Shown: in pieces, positions 37,560-47,846 of the stretch
Layout of the letters: each line of letters begins with the position of its first letter
How positions within the stretch are numbered: position 1 is the stretch's first letter
Assembly (NCBI GenBank): GCA_949290705.1
Contig: CASESI010000022.1
Span: 122,529-186,528, forward strand
Direction of reading: 5' to 3'
Source: an uncultured Holosporaceae bacterium
Lineage (GTDB): Bacteria > Pseudomonadota > Alphaproteobacteria > UBA3830 > CASESI01
DNA: 64,000 nt
Position numbers and translations under genes: made by a program
Notes under the pieces: generated by a model
What the model saw: the letters and a program-made list of their open reading frames with translations, nothing else
What the model was told of the DNA's origin: nothing
Databases searched by the model: none

Positions 37560-38462
37560 TCATTTTTGTTCTTGTATAGAAAAATTTGTATATAATAGTA
37601 ATGGAGCAGAAATAAATATTGACGAAAAAGTTCCAACAGATATACCTATCAACATTGGAAATGAATAATCAAAAATAACATCGCCTCCAAAAACGCACAA
37701 ACAAATAAGAGCTAGAATCGTAGTAAACGATGTCAATAACGTTCTTGACAACGTCTCTGTAATGCTCAAATCTATTAAATTTTCTCTAGAAGTATACTTT
37801 CCCGTTTTGATATTTTCATTAATCCTGTCAAAAATCACAACAGTATCATTAATCGAATATCCAGCTGTCATCAAAATAGCAACAACTGCGGCCATATTAA
37901 AATCAAAACTGTGGAATATTGCGAAAAATCCTAACAAAGCCACACAATCATGAACAAGGGCAATCACACCACAAAGACCAAATTGCCAATCAAACCTTAC
38001 CCAAATATATAGTAAAATAGCTAATAAAGCAAAAATCACGGCAAGCATACTATCATGCTTTAATCCATCTCCAACCTTAGGCCCAACATTTTCAATATTA
38101 CGATAAATAATGTCATTTCCCAATGTTGTTTTCAATTTATTAACAATTTTTGCACCTGCTTGATCATCGCTTAAAGATTCAACTTTAATCAATACAGTAT
38201 TTTTGTTGCCAAATTCTTGTAATGAAAAATCTCCAACTTCAGCCGATTTAATTTTTGTACGTAAATCATTGTAATCCGTATTATCCGGAATTTGAGCTTC
38301 TATTGACAGCCCACCTTTAAAATCAATACCATAATTTACGCCTCTAAAAAATAAAGCTCCCAATGATATCATCAAACTAGCTATCATAACCCCCAATAAC
38401 AATCCTTTATGCTGCGCTACATGCATCGCAAAATCAGGTTTTATTTTAAAAAATCTACTCAT
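37560..38462 (-). CDS. secF: Protein translocase subunit SecF
   Basis: 300 aa with six TMs. Characteristic segments are GIDFKGG and YSINDTVVIFDRIRE-like YSINDTVVIFDRINEN. Confidence 0.9.
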   Translation of the reverse strand: MSRFFKIKPDFAMHVAQHKGLLLGVMIASLMISLGALFFRGVNYGIDFKGGLSIEAQIPDNTDYNDLRTKIKSAEVGDFSLQEFGNKNTVLIKVESLSDDQAGAKIVNKLKTTLGNDIIYRNIENVGPKVGDGLKHDSMLAVIFALLAILLYIWVRFDWQFGLCGVIALVHDCVALLGFFAIFHSFDFNMAAVVAILMTAGYSINDTVVIFDRINENIKTGKYTSRENLIDLSITETLSRTLLTSFTTILALICLCVFGGDVIFDYSFPMLIGISVGTFSSIFISAPLLLYTNFSIQEQK

Positions 38463-38480
38463 TTTTATCTCCCACTAATT

Positions 38481-40076
38481 TTAAGGTATAACAATATCCG
38501 ACGTCTTCTTATTTACAAAGTACAACACTTTTATACATTTCGTTAACGAAATTGCAGTAAACATAGAAATCAATATTCCCATTATTAAAGTCACAGCAAA
38601 TCCTTTAACGGAACTACTTCCAAATACGTACAAAGCCAATCCTCCAAAAATTGTTGTTAAATTAGAATCAACAATTGTGCCTATTGCCTTGGTATATCCA
38701 AATTCTAGGCAAGCTAGAATCTTAGTCCCTTTGCGATACTCTTCTCTTATCCTTTCGTTAATTAACACATTCGCATCAACCGCCATTCCAAGGGTTAACG
38801 CAATACCAGCAATACCAGGAAGAGTCAAAGTTGCCTGCATAATTGATAATCCAGCGATTAATAACACCAAGTTCATAATCAATGCTATATTTGCAGCAAA
38901 ACCAAACAATCTGTATTCATAAAACATAAACAACATAATAACAACAATTGATATTATTGTTGCAATGATTCCTGCTTTGATTGAATCTGCACCTAAATCC
39001 GGACCAACTGTTTTTTCCTCAACAGTATGCAAAGGAGCGGGAAGAGCGCCTGATTTTAACAACACTGATAATTCATTTGCTTCTTCTATAGAAAAATTAC
39101 CTGTAATTTCACCACTTCCACCAGTTATAGGTGTATTAATATTTGGAGCACTTATTACCTGTCCATCAAGAACAATTGCAAGTCTTTTTCCGACATTTCT
39201 TGATGTAACATTCGCAAACTCCTCTGCACCTATCTTGTCAAACTCAAAACTCACTGCAGGATTTCCATTCCTATCCGTTGAAATACCAGCATTTTTCAAA
39301 TTTAATCCACTTACAACAGCTCTCTTCTTGATAGCAATCATCATATTACCGTATCTCCCCCTTTCTTTATGTGGTAAATACACAGATCCAAGTGCATGAG
39401 GCTTCCTAGCACCTTCTGCAATTTCTGGTAAATTTTCATCAACTAAGTGAAATGTCAATTGCACAGTTTTCCCTAACAATTCCTTGACATAGTCAGGATC
39501 CTGAATTCCAGGCATTTGAAGGGCGATACGATTACTCCCGCTTCTTTGCAAAGAAATTTCCTTTGTTCCTTGGTCATCGACTCTTCTTCTAACGATTTCC
39601 ATAGCACGATCCATTGCTTCGTTATGTAATCTATCGCGAGCAGCATCTGACAAACCTATCACTATATCATTGTGCGTACCATTTTTTTCAAAATTTAAAG
39701 TCACACCTGCATCCTTCGCAATCTCCTTCAATTTTGCAGACACAGACAATGGAATATGTTCTTCAGCATGTATCATCACGCGACTTTCATTTCCAACAAC
39801 ATCATCTGCATCAGCACCAATATTGTTATCTGACAACACACGTTGGATGTTTGTAATCAGTGTTTCATAGAAAGTCTTGTCAACAACAGATGTGTCCATC
39901 TCTAATAAAAGATGTGACCCACCCTGCAAATCAAGTCCCAATGGAACTTTTGATGTTGGAAGCCATGATGGCATTTTTTTTAACAACCCATCATCTAACA
40001 CATTCGGTAATGCAAACAGGATACCTAAAAAGCACACTATCGCATTCATATAAAGACGCCATTTAGAAATGTTCAT
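38481..40076 (-). CDS. secD: Protein translocase subunit SecD
   Basis: 531 aa. Characteristic segments are LGLDLQGGSHLLLE, a large periplasmic domain and a C-terminal LPGIAGIALTLGMAVDANVLINERIREE. Confidence 0.9.
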   Translation of the reverse strand: MNISKWRLYMNAIVCFLGILFALPNVLDDGLLKKMPSWLPTSKVPLGLDLQGGSHLLLEMDTSVVDKTFYETLITNIQRVLSDNNIGADADDVVGNESRVMIHAEEHIPLSVSAKLKEIAKDAGVTLNFEKNGTHNDIVIGLSDAARDRLHNEAMDRAMEIVRRRVDDQGTKEISLQRSGSNRIALQMPGIQDPDYVKELLGKTVQLTFHLVDENLPEIAEGARKPHALGSVYLPHKERGRYGNMMIAIKKRAVVSGLNLKNAGISTDRNGNPAVSFEFDKIGAEEFANVTSRNVGKRLAIVLDGQVISAPNINTPITGGSGEITGNFSIEEANELSVLLKSGALPAPLHTVEEKTVGPDLGADSIKAGIIATIISIVVIMLFMFYEYRLFGFAANIALIMNLVLLIAGLSIMQATLTLPGIAGIALTLGMAVDANVLINERIREEYRKGTKILACLEFGYTKAIGTIVDSNLTTIFGGLALYVFGSSSVKGFAVTLIMGILISMFTAISLTKCIKVLYFVNKKTSDIVIP

Positions 40077-40204
40077 TTTCTACCTCTTATAACAGGTATT
40101 ATTCTACATAATTTTATTAAAAAAAAGTATACTTTTTAACCTAAAAAGCAAATTTCTCCAATATTATTTTAAATTCGATAAATAGAAATGCTATACTGTA
40201 CGGT

Positions 40205-40786
40205 ATGATAAAAGAAATTAATGATTTGATATCTATGTTTAGCAAATTTTCAGGGCTTGGAACAAAAGCGGCAAAAAAAACTGTATTTTCATTACTAGAT
40301 AATAAATCGAAAATTGACGATCTTCTATCATTACTTGAAAAAACCCAAAAAACAATTTTTAAATGTTCTGTATGTGGAAACTTCGACACCTCCCCTGTTT
40401 GCTCGATTTGTGCATCAACAACGCGTGATTCATCTATCCTTTGCATTGTTGAGAACGCTCAAGATCTTTTCATTATAGAAAACATGCATATTTTTAATGG
40501 AAGGTATTTTGTGCTTGGAACACTCTTTCCTGAAATAGAAACAAATCCTGATAATATAGAAAAAATTACAACGTTAAAAAATCTTTGCGTAAACAACAAT
40601 GTTCAAGAAATCATCATCGCATTGAATATAACGCTTGAAGGTAAAATTACGACATTTTATATCAAGGAACAACTTGCTGATCTAAATATAAAAGTCACCA
40701 ACCTTGCCACTGGAATCCCGGTTGGGGGAGAAATAGGCTTTCTCGATGAAGGTACTTTGAAAGCTGCATTTCTGGATAGAAAATGA
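40205..40786 (+). CDS. recR: Recombination protein RecR
   Basis: 193 aa. It has an HhH N-terminus, a Cys4 zinc finger CSVCGNFDTSPVCSIC, a Toprim domain and a C-terminal GIPVGGEIGFLDEGTL. Confidence 0.9.
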   Translation: MIKEINDLISMFSKFSGLGTKAAKKTVFSLLDNKSKIDDLLSLLEKTQKTIFKCSVCGNFDTSPVCSICASTTRDSSILCIVENAQDLFIIENMHIFNGRYFVLGTLFPEIETNPDNIEKITTLKNLCVNNNVQEIIIALNITLEGKITTFYIKEQLADLNIKVTNLATGIPVGGEIGFLDEGTLKAAFLDRK

Positions 40787-40822
40787 TGTATCTTGTGTCA
40801 ATTTTATGATACAATTATAGTG

Positions 40823-41207
40823 TAGCGGTCGGGTAGTTGCTGTTCTTTTTTGAATAGAGGAAAGTCCGGGCTCCAAGAGAATAGAGTGCCAGGTAACACC
40901 TGGCGGAAGATTTTCGAATCTGATCTAGGGAAAGTGCAACAGAAAATAGACTACCGTTTATTTTTATTAGTAACGGAAAAGGTGAAAAGGTGAGGTAAGA
41001 GCTTACCGCTGGTTTGGTAACAAATCAGGCATTGTAAACCCCACTCGGAGCAAGACCAAATAAGGGTGGTATAAATGGTTTTCCATTTGTGCCTATTCTC
41101 TGGCATTAGCCACCCGGGTAGGTCGCGAAGAAGTTCATGGTGACATGAACTCGAGATGAATAACTACCACTGAGTAATCAGTACAGAACCCGGCTTATAG
41201 ACCGTTA
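40823..41207 (+). ncRNA. rnpB: RNase P RNA, bacterial type A
   Basis: The universally conserved P4 strands are present (GAGGAAAGTCCGGGCTCC near 40857 and ACAGAACCCGGCTTA near 41183). P1 pairs TAGCGGTC (40823-40830) with GACCGTTA (41200-41207). The length is ~385 nt and the ends are approximate. Confidence 0.85.
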
Positions 41208-42809
41208 CAGTCTTGCGTCTTTATCGACGACAGAGGAGCCGTTACCACCTGTATCTTGATCATCGTTATTTACCGATTTGTCGCCGCTTACGAATCCTTT
41301 ATTTTTGTGGATACGTATCTTCAACGTTTTATTTAAACCGTTAGAAAAGCTCAAATACACATATTTAATCTTATTTCCATCTGCAAGATCTTTAAATGAC
41401 AATTCTATTGTTGATTTGCCTTTTTTACTTTTGAACTTCGTAACATATATCCTATCATCAGTAAGTACTAATGCTCCTTTGTCATCACTATTCAATTTGC
41501 TCTTACGTGATAATGTAGGGAACTTTACATATTTGTATGTTTTCTTTTTTAACAATTCTTTCAATTTATCCTTTATTAACTTCTCGTGTCCAGAATTTTT
41601 TGAACAAATTGCTTTAAGAATAGGATTTGATTCCAACAATTTTTTATAAATCATATCAACTTTTGCTGTAACACTTACTGTACTATTACGGTTATAATTC
41701 ATTATTTTGACAGATTTTGTCGCAACATTGTCTTTTCCTTCAAATTCATAAACTCCACTGTTGATAAAGAATTGATACGATATACCTGCCTTTTGCTTTT
41801 TAAATATATTATTAGATATACCTTTCAAAATTAAGAACCCTTCCAAATTTTTACCATTTTGTGTAAATGGTACAGCAAGCTTATAAACTCCACGTGCAAG
41901 CCGCTTTACATTTGGAACGTCTTGGTCGGAAATGTCAACCGTGTCAAGTTGCATCAATGTTTTACGATTTTTACGCTTACAAAGTGTTTTAATTTTTTTT
42001 CTCAAATCCTTTGTGAAAGTTTCATCGTCACCATTTAACACTATTCCATCATCAAATTCCGTATCTGTTATTCTTTCAAAAATATAATTTATTATGGAAT
42101 TTGTATCACCTTTCAACTCCGCATCACTGCTTACTTCCTCTTCATCAATTTTTTCATCGTCATCAACTTTCATTGCAACTTCTTCATCAGCTTCATCTAC
42201 TGACTCACTATTTCCTTTTTTCAAAGTGCTCTTCGATCTTTCAAATGTAGAATTTGATCTAACTTCTGTGCTCCGTTCAAAGGTATAATTATTATCCACA
42301 CTATAGTTATCTTTCTTTCCAGTCTGCAAAGCAGAACGTGTAACAGTAAGCGATGACATATCGGCAAAACATTCGACGCTGATATTAGGTTCCGCAAACC
42401 TGCTTCCTCTGTGGGCGTCAAACCTTATAATACCTTTTACATTATTAATTCCATTTGAAAAAACAACGTTTTCACGAAATGCTCCAACAACAAATTTAAT
42501 AAAATTTTTAGCCCTTTTATCGCTAACTTCTCCCAATTGTTTTTTTACAATCAGCCTACGCTCATTTCTTTTAAAAATTTTTTTCAATTGCTTTTGCAAT
42601 CTACTTTCATTATCAAAACTCTTAATAGTATATGACTCACCATCTTTTCCATCAAAGGTAATAGTTTTTATGTAATTAATTAATTCCTCAACAGTTTCAA
42701 AATGTTCTGGTCCCGGAATCGTTGTCTGAATGCTATCTTCTTCAGCGTGAAAAAAAGGAGTTGCTAATAACAACATCCCCATTATAATCGTTAAAAATTT
42801 TTTCTGCAT
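41205..42809 (-). CDS. Secreted hypothetical protein with repeated ~100 aa modules and an acidic linker
   Basis: The track ORF opens at 42848. The ATG at 42809 has a GGTGA Shine-Dalgarno-like box 5-6 nt upstream and gives the signal peptide MQKKFLTIIMGMLLLATPFFHAEE. The repeated pattern is ELINYIKTITFDG...LQKQLKKIFKRNERR...SNGINNVKGIIRF versus SIINYIFERITDTEFDDG...FTKDLRKKIKTLCKRKNRK...QNGKNLEGFLILK. An acidic block reads DEADEEVAMKVDDDEKIDEEE. Confidence 0.6.
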   Translation of the reverse strand: MQKKFLTIIMGMLLLATPFFHAEEDSIQTTIPGPEHFETVEELINYIKTITFDGKDGESYTIKSFDNESRLQKQLKKIFKRNERRLIVKKQLGEVSDKRAKNFIKFVVGAFRENVVFSNGINNVKGIIRFDAHRGSRFAEPNISVECFADMSSLTVTRSALQTGKKDNYSVDNNYTFERSTEVRSNSTFERSKSTLKKGNSESVDEADEEVAMKVDDDEKIDEEEVSSDAELKGDTNSIINYIFERITDTEFDDGIVLNGDDETFTKDLRKKIKTLCKRKNRKTLMQLDTVDISDQDVPNVKRLARGVYKLAVPFTQNGKNLEGFLILKGISNNIFKKQKAGISYQFFINSGVYEFEGKDNVATKSVKIMNYNRNSTVSVTAKVDMIYKKLLESNPILKAICSKNSGHEKLIKDKLKELLKKKTYKYVKFPTLSRKSKLNSDDKGALVLTDDRIYVTKFKSKKGKSTIELSFKDLADGNKIKYVYLSFSNGLNKTLKIRIHKNKGFVSGDKSVNNDDQDTGGNGSSVVDKDARL

Positions 42810-42878
42810 TTTTTCACCGTTATATTTTTTAGTTAATTTTAACATCAAGGTGGTTAATTTTCGGTTAATTAGGAATAA

Positions 42879-44195
42879 TTATTGTGGTAGCGTGACTGTA
42901 ACTTTAAGTCCGCCAAGTAATGATGATTTCTGGAATGCAATATTTCCATTATGCTTAAGTACAATATTATTAGTAATGGCAAGTCCGAGTCCGACTCCAC
43001 CGTGCTTCATATTTCTCGATTTATCAACTTTATAGAAAGGCTTTGTAAGAAAATCAATTTCGTTATTATCAACTCCTGGCCCATTATCTTCGATTATCAC
43101 TTGCACAATTTCGTTTTTAGAGATAATTGAAATTTTACAGATTTGTGCAAACTTAGCAGAATTGGAAATAATATTTAAAAAACATCTTTTAAGTGCATTT
43201 TCATTCCCTTTAACAACAGCATTTCCTTCTATGTTCAAACTATATTGTATAGGAAATTTTTTACAGATGTCTCGCAGTATCACTTCAATATTTACATCCT
43301 CAAACTGATCCTTTGAATAAGTTTCTGATTTAACATAATCGATAAACTCTGAAATGATATTTTCCATCTCAACTATGTCTGAATTCATATCACTTGCAAT
43401 TTTTTCATCTTTAAGTAAAGCAACTTGAAGTTTCATCCTTGTAATATATGTTTTAATATCATGTGAAACGCCGGCAAGCGCGATGTTTTGTTCCGAAATA
43501 TAATGTACCAGTTCTTCAGACATTTTATTAAAAGATTTAATGGCATTTTTGATCTCCAAAGCGCCCCTTGGTTTTATATTGAACACAGAATGACAGTTGC
43601 TGAAATCATTCATTGCATTTGATAAATTAATAATCGGAATAACTTGATTTTTCATGAAAAGCCATGCTATCCCCAAAAATATAAAAGATACAAAAATATT
43701 GAAAAATATAAAAACATGATTCGAAGCAAAAAGAATATCACCAGCATTTATCCTGAATTCTATCGCTGATTTTTCAGTTTTTAAAATAATCACAACATCT
43801 CGAATATTTTTATAAATTTTAAAATCTTGAAGAGAATTCTTTCGCAACGCTTTTTTCAACATGTGGAGATTTAACGGATTAAGCTTTTTATTTTGAAAAT
43901 TCTTTTCATTATTAATAATAAATACTTCTTTAAATCGGATTTTTAAAAATTTCCCATTCAAGGCATTAAATCTACATTTATCGTTATAATATAAGTTTTT
44001 AACGTATGCAATTTGCTGAACTACATTTTCAATGTATTTATTGGAATTTTGAATCCAATTTCTGTTAATGAAAAATGATAAACTAAAAATCTGTATTAAA
44101 AAAATAGGCAAAACAATGATAAGAACAAAACGCTTGTAAAGCGACTTTGGCAAAGACGTACTTAAGAATTTCCATGGATGCCGCAAAAAATACAT
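42879..44195 (-). CDS. Membrane sensor histidine kinase (EnvZ-like: 2 TM + HAMP + HisKA + HATPase_c)
   Basis: 438 aa. Motifs are H-box GVSHDIKTYITRM, N-box NIISNSAKF, G1 IEDNGPGV and G2 HGGVGLGLAI. No response regulator is adjacent. Confidence 0.8.
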   Translation of the reverse strand: MYFLRHPWKFLSTSLPKSLYKRFVLIIVLPIFLIQIFSLSFFINRNWIQNSNKYIENVVQQIAYVKNLYYNDKCRFNALNGKFLKIRFKEVFIINNEKNFQNKKLNPLNLHMLKKALRKNSLQDFKIYKNIRDVVIILKTEKSAIEFRINAGDILFASNHVFIFFNIFVSFIFLGIAWLFMKNQVIPIINLSNAMNDFSNCHSVFNIKPRGALEIKNAIKSFNKMSEELVHYISEQNIALAGVSHDIKTYITRMKLQVALLKDEKIASDMNSDIVEMENIISEFIDYVKSETYSKDQFEDVNIEVILRDICKKFPIQYSLNIEGNAVVKGNENALKRCFLNIISNSAKFAQICKISIISKNEIVQVIIEDNGPGVDNNEIDFLTKPFYKVDKSRNMKHGGVGLGLAITNNIVLKHNGNIAFQKSSLLGGLKVTVTLPQ

Positions 44196-44197
44196 AC

Positions 44198-44743
44198 TTA
44201 CTCTAAATCCAGATGTTTAATTCCTTTCTCAAAATATTGATACCCAGTTATAATCGTTAATCCCGCAGCAACCCAAAGCATCACAACGCTAATATCAAGT
44301 AGTACAACAGATTTACATGCTATCGCAAAAAGTATAATCGAAAGGGATAACATTTGCACCGTTGTTTTGATTTTTGCAAGATTCGAAACAGGCAAAGGTA
44401 CTTTAATTTCAACAAGAAATTCTCTCATCCCAGAAACAAGAACCTCCCTGAATAAAATAATAATTGCAGCAATCATATTGTACCCCTCAACGTACTGAAA
44501 CCCTGTTAAAAGCACAATCAAACTCGCAACAAGCAATTTATCTGCAATTGGGTCAAAACATTTTCCAAAATTAGACATTTGTTTATACAATCTTGCAAAA
44601 TATCCATCCAAAAAATCTGTAATGCAAGCCACAACGAAGACAACAAAAGCTGAATACATCGAAAACGAAGTGCTGATATAAAAACACGCAATGATTATTG
44701 GAATAAAGGCTATTCTTGATAATGTTAATATATTAGGTAACAT
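44198..44743 (-). CDS. pgsA: CDP-diacylglycerol--glycerol-3-phosphate 3-phosphatidyltransferase
   Basis: 181 aa with the CDP-alcohol phosphatidyltransferase motif DFLDGYFARLYKQMSNFGKCFDPIADK. It overlaps uvrC by 1 nt. Confidence 0.85.
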   Translation of the reverse strand: MLPNILTLSRIAFIPIIIACFYISTSFSMYSAFVVFVVACITDFLDGYFARLYKQMSNFGKCFDPIADKLLVASLIVLLTGFQYVEGYNMIAAIIILFREVLVSGMREFLVEIKVPLPVSNLAKIKTTVQMLSLSIILFAIACKSVVLLDISVVMLWVAAGLTIITGYQYFEKGIKHLDLE

Positions 44744-46527
44744 CAGTGATCCTTAAAATATTTTATCAATCTCTTAGCTAAATTATAACTCATACCTTTA
44801 ACTTTTGAAAGTTCTTCTTCGCTCGCATGTCTTATTTCTTCGATATCTTTAAAATGTTCATAGAGATTCTTAATCACTTCCGAAGATAAATCTTTAATCG
44901 ACGATAATTCAGAATTTTGGAAAGTTTTTTCAAAACTTTTTCTTGAACTTTTTATCGCAAAATTATGAGCTTCATCACGAAGCCTTTCCAAGAAAAATAA
45001 AGTCTTATCGCCCTTTGTAAATTTAAATTCTTTTAATTTTCTTGAAAAAAATGTCTCATCAAAAGCATTTCTATTAACACCCTTTGCAATTGAAATAATA
45101 TCTATTTGCAAGTGATAGGAATCAAGCATAGCATTAACAACATTAAATTGCCCTAGACCTCCGTCGATCAGCAACAGATCAGGAAGAATTGCATCGTCTT
45201 TTAAGTATCGTCGTTCAATAACCTCTCGCATCATCTGGTAATCATCTTGGGTATTTGCACTTTGGATTTTATACGCACGGTAATCTTTTCTTTTAAATTT
45301 CCCATCCTCAAAAACAACTACACAGCCAAAAGCATTTTTACCAAAAAAGTGGCTGTTATCAAAAATATCGATCCTGTTTGGAATTTTCGTAAGGCCAAAA
45401 ATAGATTGAATTCTTTTTAAATGCTCTTCGTTACTAAGATTCTGCTCTATATATACCCCTAATGATGTCAAAGCGGAATTATAACATTCTTGCAGTAATA
45501 ATTTTTTTGTACGTTTTGGTTCAACAAAGATAATTTTGGTTTTATATGCCGTCCCAAGAACGTCTGCATCCTCTATTTCTTCATTAACCCATATTTCACG
45601 TGGTGACGGAAAATCAAAGTAAAATTGTTTTATAAATGATTGCAAGATATCTTGCTCCGCGGAATTAAAGAAAAAATCCTTCGTCCCGTAATTTATATTA
45701 TTATTGTAGAAAAAAACTTTTATTATCGTAGTATTTTCAAAACTTGCCTTTATTACAATATGTGTATTCGAAAGATTGATATTCTGCACGATATAACTCG
45801 ACAAAACTTTTATTTGATCACGAAGCGACGCTGCTTTCTCGTATTCCAAAGCATTGCTTGCATCATACATCTCTTTTGTAAGATCCTCGATAATATCTGC
45901 ATTTTTTCCATCCAAAAATCTATATACAGCCTTAATTTTTTCATCATAATCTTCCTTCGAAATGTAATTAACGCATGGAGCTGAACATTGATGTATAAAA
46001 TATTCAATACAAGGCCGTTTACGAGTTTTAAATGTATAATCTGTACAAGTTCTAATTTGGAATAATTTCGTAATTTCAAGGATGATATCATAAAGTGCTT
46101 TTGCTGAAACAAATGGCCCTTTTCTGTACTCTTTCAGCATTTCTTTTCCACGGTACTTTAAAATCCTTGGATAATCATGAGTTTTTGTAATAACAAGGAA
46201 CGGATAATCTTTATCATCTTTCAGTAAAATATTATATTTGGGACGAAATTCCTTAATCAATTTTGATTCAAGAATCAAAGCATCCGCCTCTGTCAAAGTC
46301 GTTTCAAAAATAATATTTCTTGCATTAAACACCATTTGGCGAATTCTATTCGAAAGTGTATCAAGACGCGCATATGAAGAAACTCTCTTTCGTAAATTTT
46401 TTGCTTTTCCAGCATAGATAATATTCTCATCCGAATCAAGATATCTGTACACACCTGGAAGATCAGGGAAAAATTGCACTATATTTAGAAGTTCCTCGGG
46501 AGTCATGAAAAATATTTCCTCAAGCAA
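44743..46527 (-). CDS. uvrC: Excinuclease ABC subunit C
   Basis: 594 aa. It has a GIY-YIG domain (GVYRYLDSDENIIYAGKAKNLRKRV), a UVR domain (EYEKAASLRDQI), an endonuclease domain and C-terminal HhH motifs. Confidence 0.9.
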   Translation of the reverse strand: MLEEIFFMTPEELLNIVQFFPDLPGVYRYLDSDENIIYAGKAKNLRKRVSSYARLDTLSNRIRQMVFNARNIIFETTLTEADALILESKLIKEFRPKYNILLKDDKDYPFLVITKTHDYPRILKYRGKEMLKEYRKGPFVSAKALYDIILEITKLFQIRTCTDYTFKTRKRPCIEYFIHQCSAPCVNYISKEDYDEKIKAVYRFLDGKNADIIEDLTKEMYDASNALEYEKAASLRDQIKVLSSYIVQNINLSNTHIVIKASFENTTIIKVFFYNNNINYGTKDFFFNSAEQDILQSFIKQFYFDFPSPREIWVNEEIEDADVLGTAYKTKIIFVEPKRTKKLLLQECYNSALTSLGVYIEQNLSNEEHLKRIQSIFGLTKIPNRIDIFDNSHFFGKNAFGCVVVFEDGKFKRKDYRAYKIQSANTQDDYQMMREVIERRYLKDDAILPDLLLIDGGLGQFNVVNAMLDSYHLQIDIISIAKGVNRNAFDETFFSRKLKEFKFTKGDKTLFFLERLRDEAHNFAIKSSRKSFEKTFQNSELSSIKDLSSEVIKNLYEHFKDIEEIRHASEEELSKVKGMSYNLAKRLIKYFKDH

Positions 46528-46555
46528 TTTTATAATGTAATATTAACAGATAGAA

Positions 46556-47791
46556 ATGCAAACCGAAATTGAATTTATTATCAATGAAATTAAACATGCA
46601 GGGTTCGATGCAAGAATCGTTGGAGGATATGTACGTGATTTTGTTCTCGGCAATCCATCCTCTGACATCGATATCGCCACAACTGCAACTCCGGATAACA
46701 TATTAAGAATCTTCAACAATTTGGATTGTAAAGTCATCCCAACAGGGATAAAGCATGGAACAATTACCGTTGTTAAAAATTCTATCCCATTCGAAATAAC
46801 AACGCTTCGGACCGACGACACTACGGATGGAAGGCATGCGGAGGTTAGTTTTTCGGATTCATGGGAGAAAGATGCATCACGTCGAGATTTTACTTTTAAT
46901 GCACTTTACATGGATTTGGATGGTAAAATTTATGATTTTTTTGATGGAATTAAAGATTTAAAAAATGGAATTATTCGCTTTATAGGAAACCCTGAAAAAC
47001 GTATTTGCGAAGATTTTTTACGAATTTTAAGATTTTTTAGATTTTCTGTAAAGTTGAATATCAAACCTGACTCCGATGAAATTTTTACATTATTTAAAAA
47101 ATATGCTCCTCATTTATCTCAACTATCAAGGGAAAGAATCAGGCACGAATTTCACTCTATGCTAAGGTATAACAATTCCTTTGGTACTCTACTTTTGATG
47201 GATAATTGCGATGTTTTAAACTATGGCGCGAAAATAAATATCGAACAATTTAAAAAATTATCGCAAATATACGCATCTCATCCCGGCATTATCAATACGT
47301 TTTTCAACTCACTAGAGAATTTTATAAGCAAAATCTTCCTACTTTTTAAACCTGAAACTCTTTGCAAAGATCTATGTCTAACAAAAATTGAAAAAAAAGA
47401 TTTAAAGTTTTTAGAATCACAGGTAGAATTTCAGAATGTCTCTGATAAAGAGAATTTACTTCGCAATGTATTATTTCACGAGAATAAATTAATTTTTGAA
47501 AAACTCTCTATTCTTATCTTCCAACGATTTTTTCTCGACAACTTCAACCAAAACAATATATCTGAATACGTGAATTTAGCACGTTATCTTAATCTTTTAA
47601 AATCAAAATATTCAAAAAATCAACGTCCGCTTTTTCCAGTAACATCATCTGATATTATTGAATTACCTATAAAACAAAACAATATTTCCAAAGCATTATT
47701 ATTGACGAAAAAGTTTTGGAGTGAAAATTTTGGCAACCCTTCAAAATCTGAATGTTTGGAATTCTTAGTTCGGAATCTAAGTAAAATCTAA
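46556..47791 (+). CDS. cca: CCA-adding tRNA nucleotidyltransferase / poly(A) polymerase family protein
   Basis: 411 aa. The head domain reads RIVGGYVRDFVLGNPSSDIDIATTATPD...GIKHGTITV...EITTLRTD and RRDFTFNALY. Confidence 0.8.
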   Translation: MQTEIEFIINEIKHAGFDARIVGGYVRDFVLGNPSSDIDIATTATPDNILRIFNNLDCKVIPTGIKHGTITVVKNSIPFEITTLRTDDTTDGRHAEVSFSDSWEKDASRRDFTFNALYMDLDGKIYDFFDGIKDLKNGIIRFIGNPEKRICEDFLRILRFFRFSVKLNIKPDSDEIFTLFKKYAPHLSQLSRERIRHEFHSMLRYNNSFGTLLLMDNCDVLNYGAKINIEQFKKLSQIYASHPGIINTFFNSLENFISKIFLLFKPETLCKDLCLTKIEKKDLKFLESQVEFQNVSDKENLLRNVLFHENKLIFEKLSILIFQRFFLDNFNQNNISEYVNLARYLNLLKSKYSKNQRPLFPVTSSDIIELPIKQNNISKALLLTKKFWSENFGNPSKSECLEFLVRNLSKI

Positions 47792-47846
47792 CTTGCAATT
47801 TTGTAGAAAAAGTTGTATGATGGGCGCTGTAGTTGTTTTATAAAAG

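Noticed and set aside
38677-40066. Several + strand ORFs (81, 144, 80, 66, 68 aa)
   Set aside because: They are antisense to secD, which is relatively GC-rich and therefore leaves long open frames on the other strand.
40682-40876. Minus-strand 64-aa ORF
   Set aside because: It overlaps the recR 3' end and the 5' part of the RNase P RNA gene, and it is not supported by any motif.
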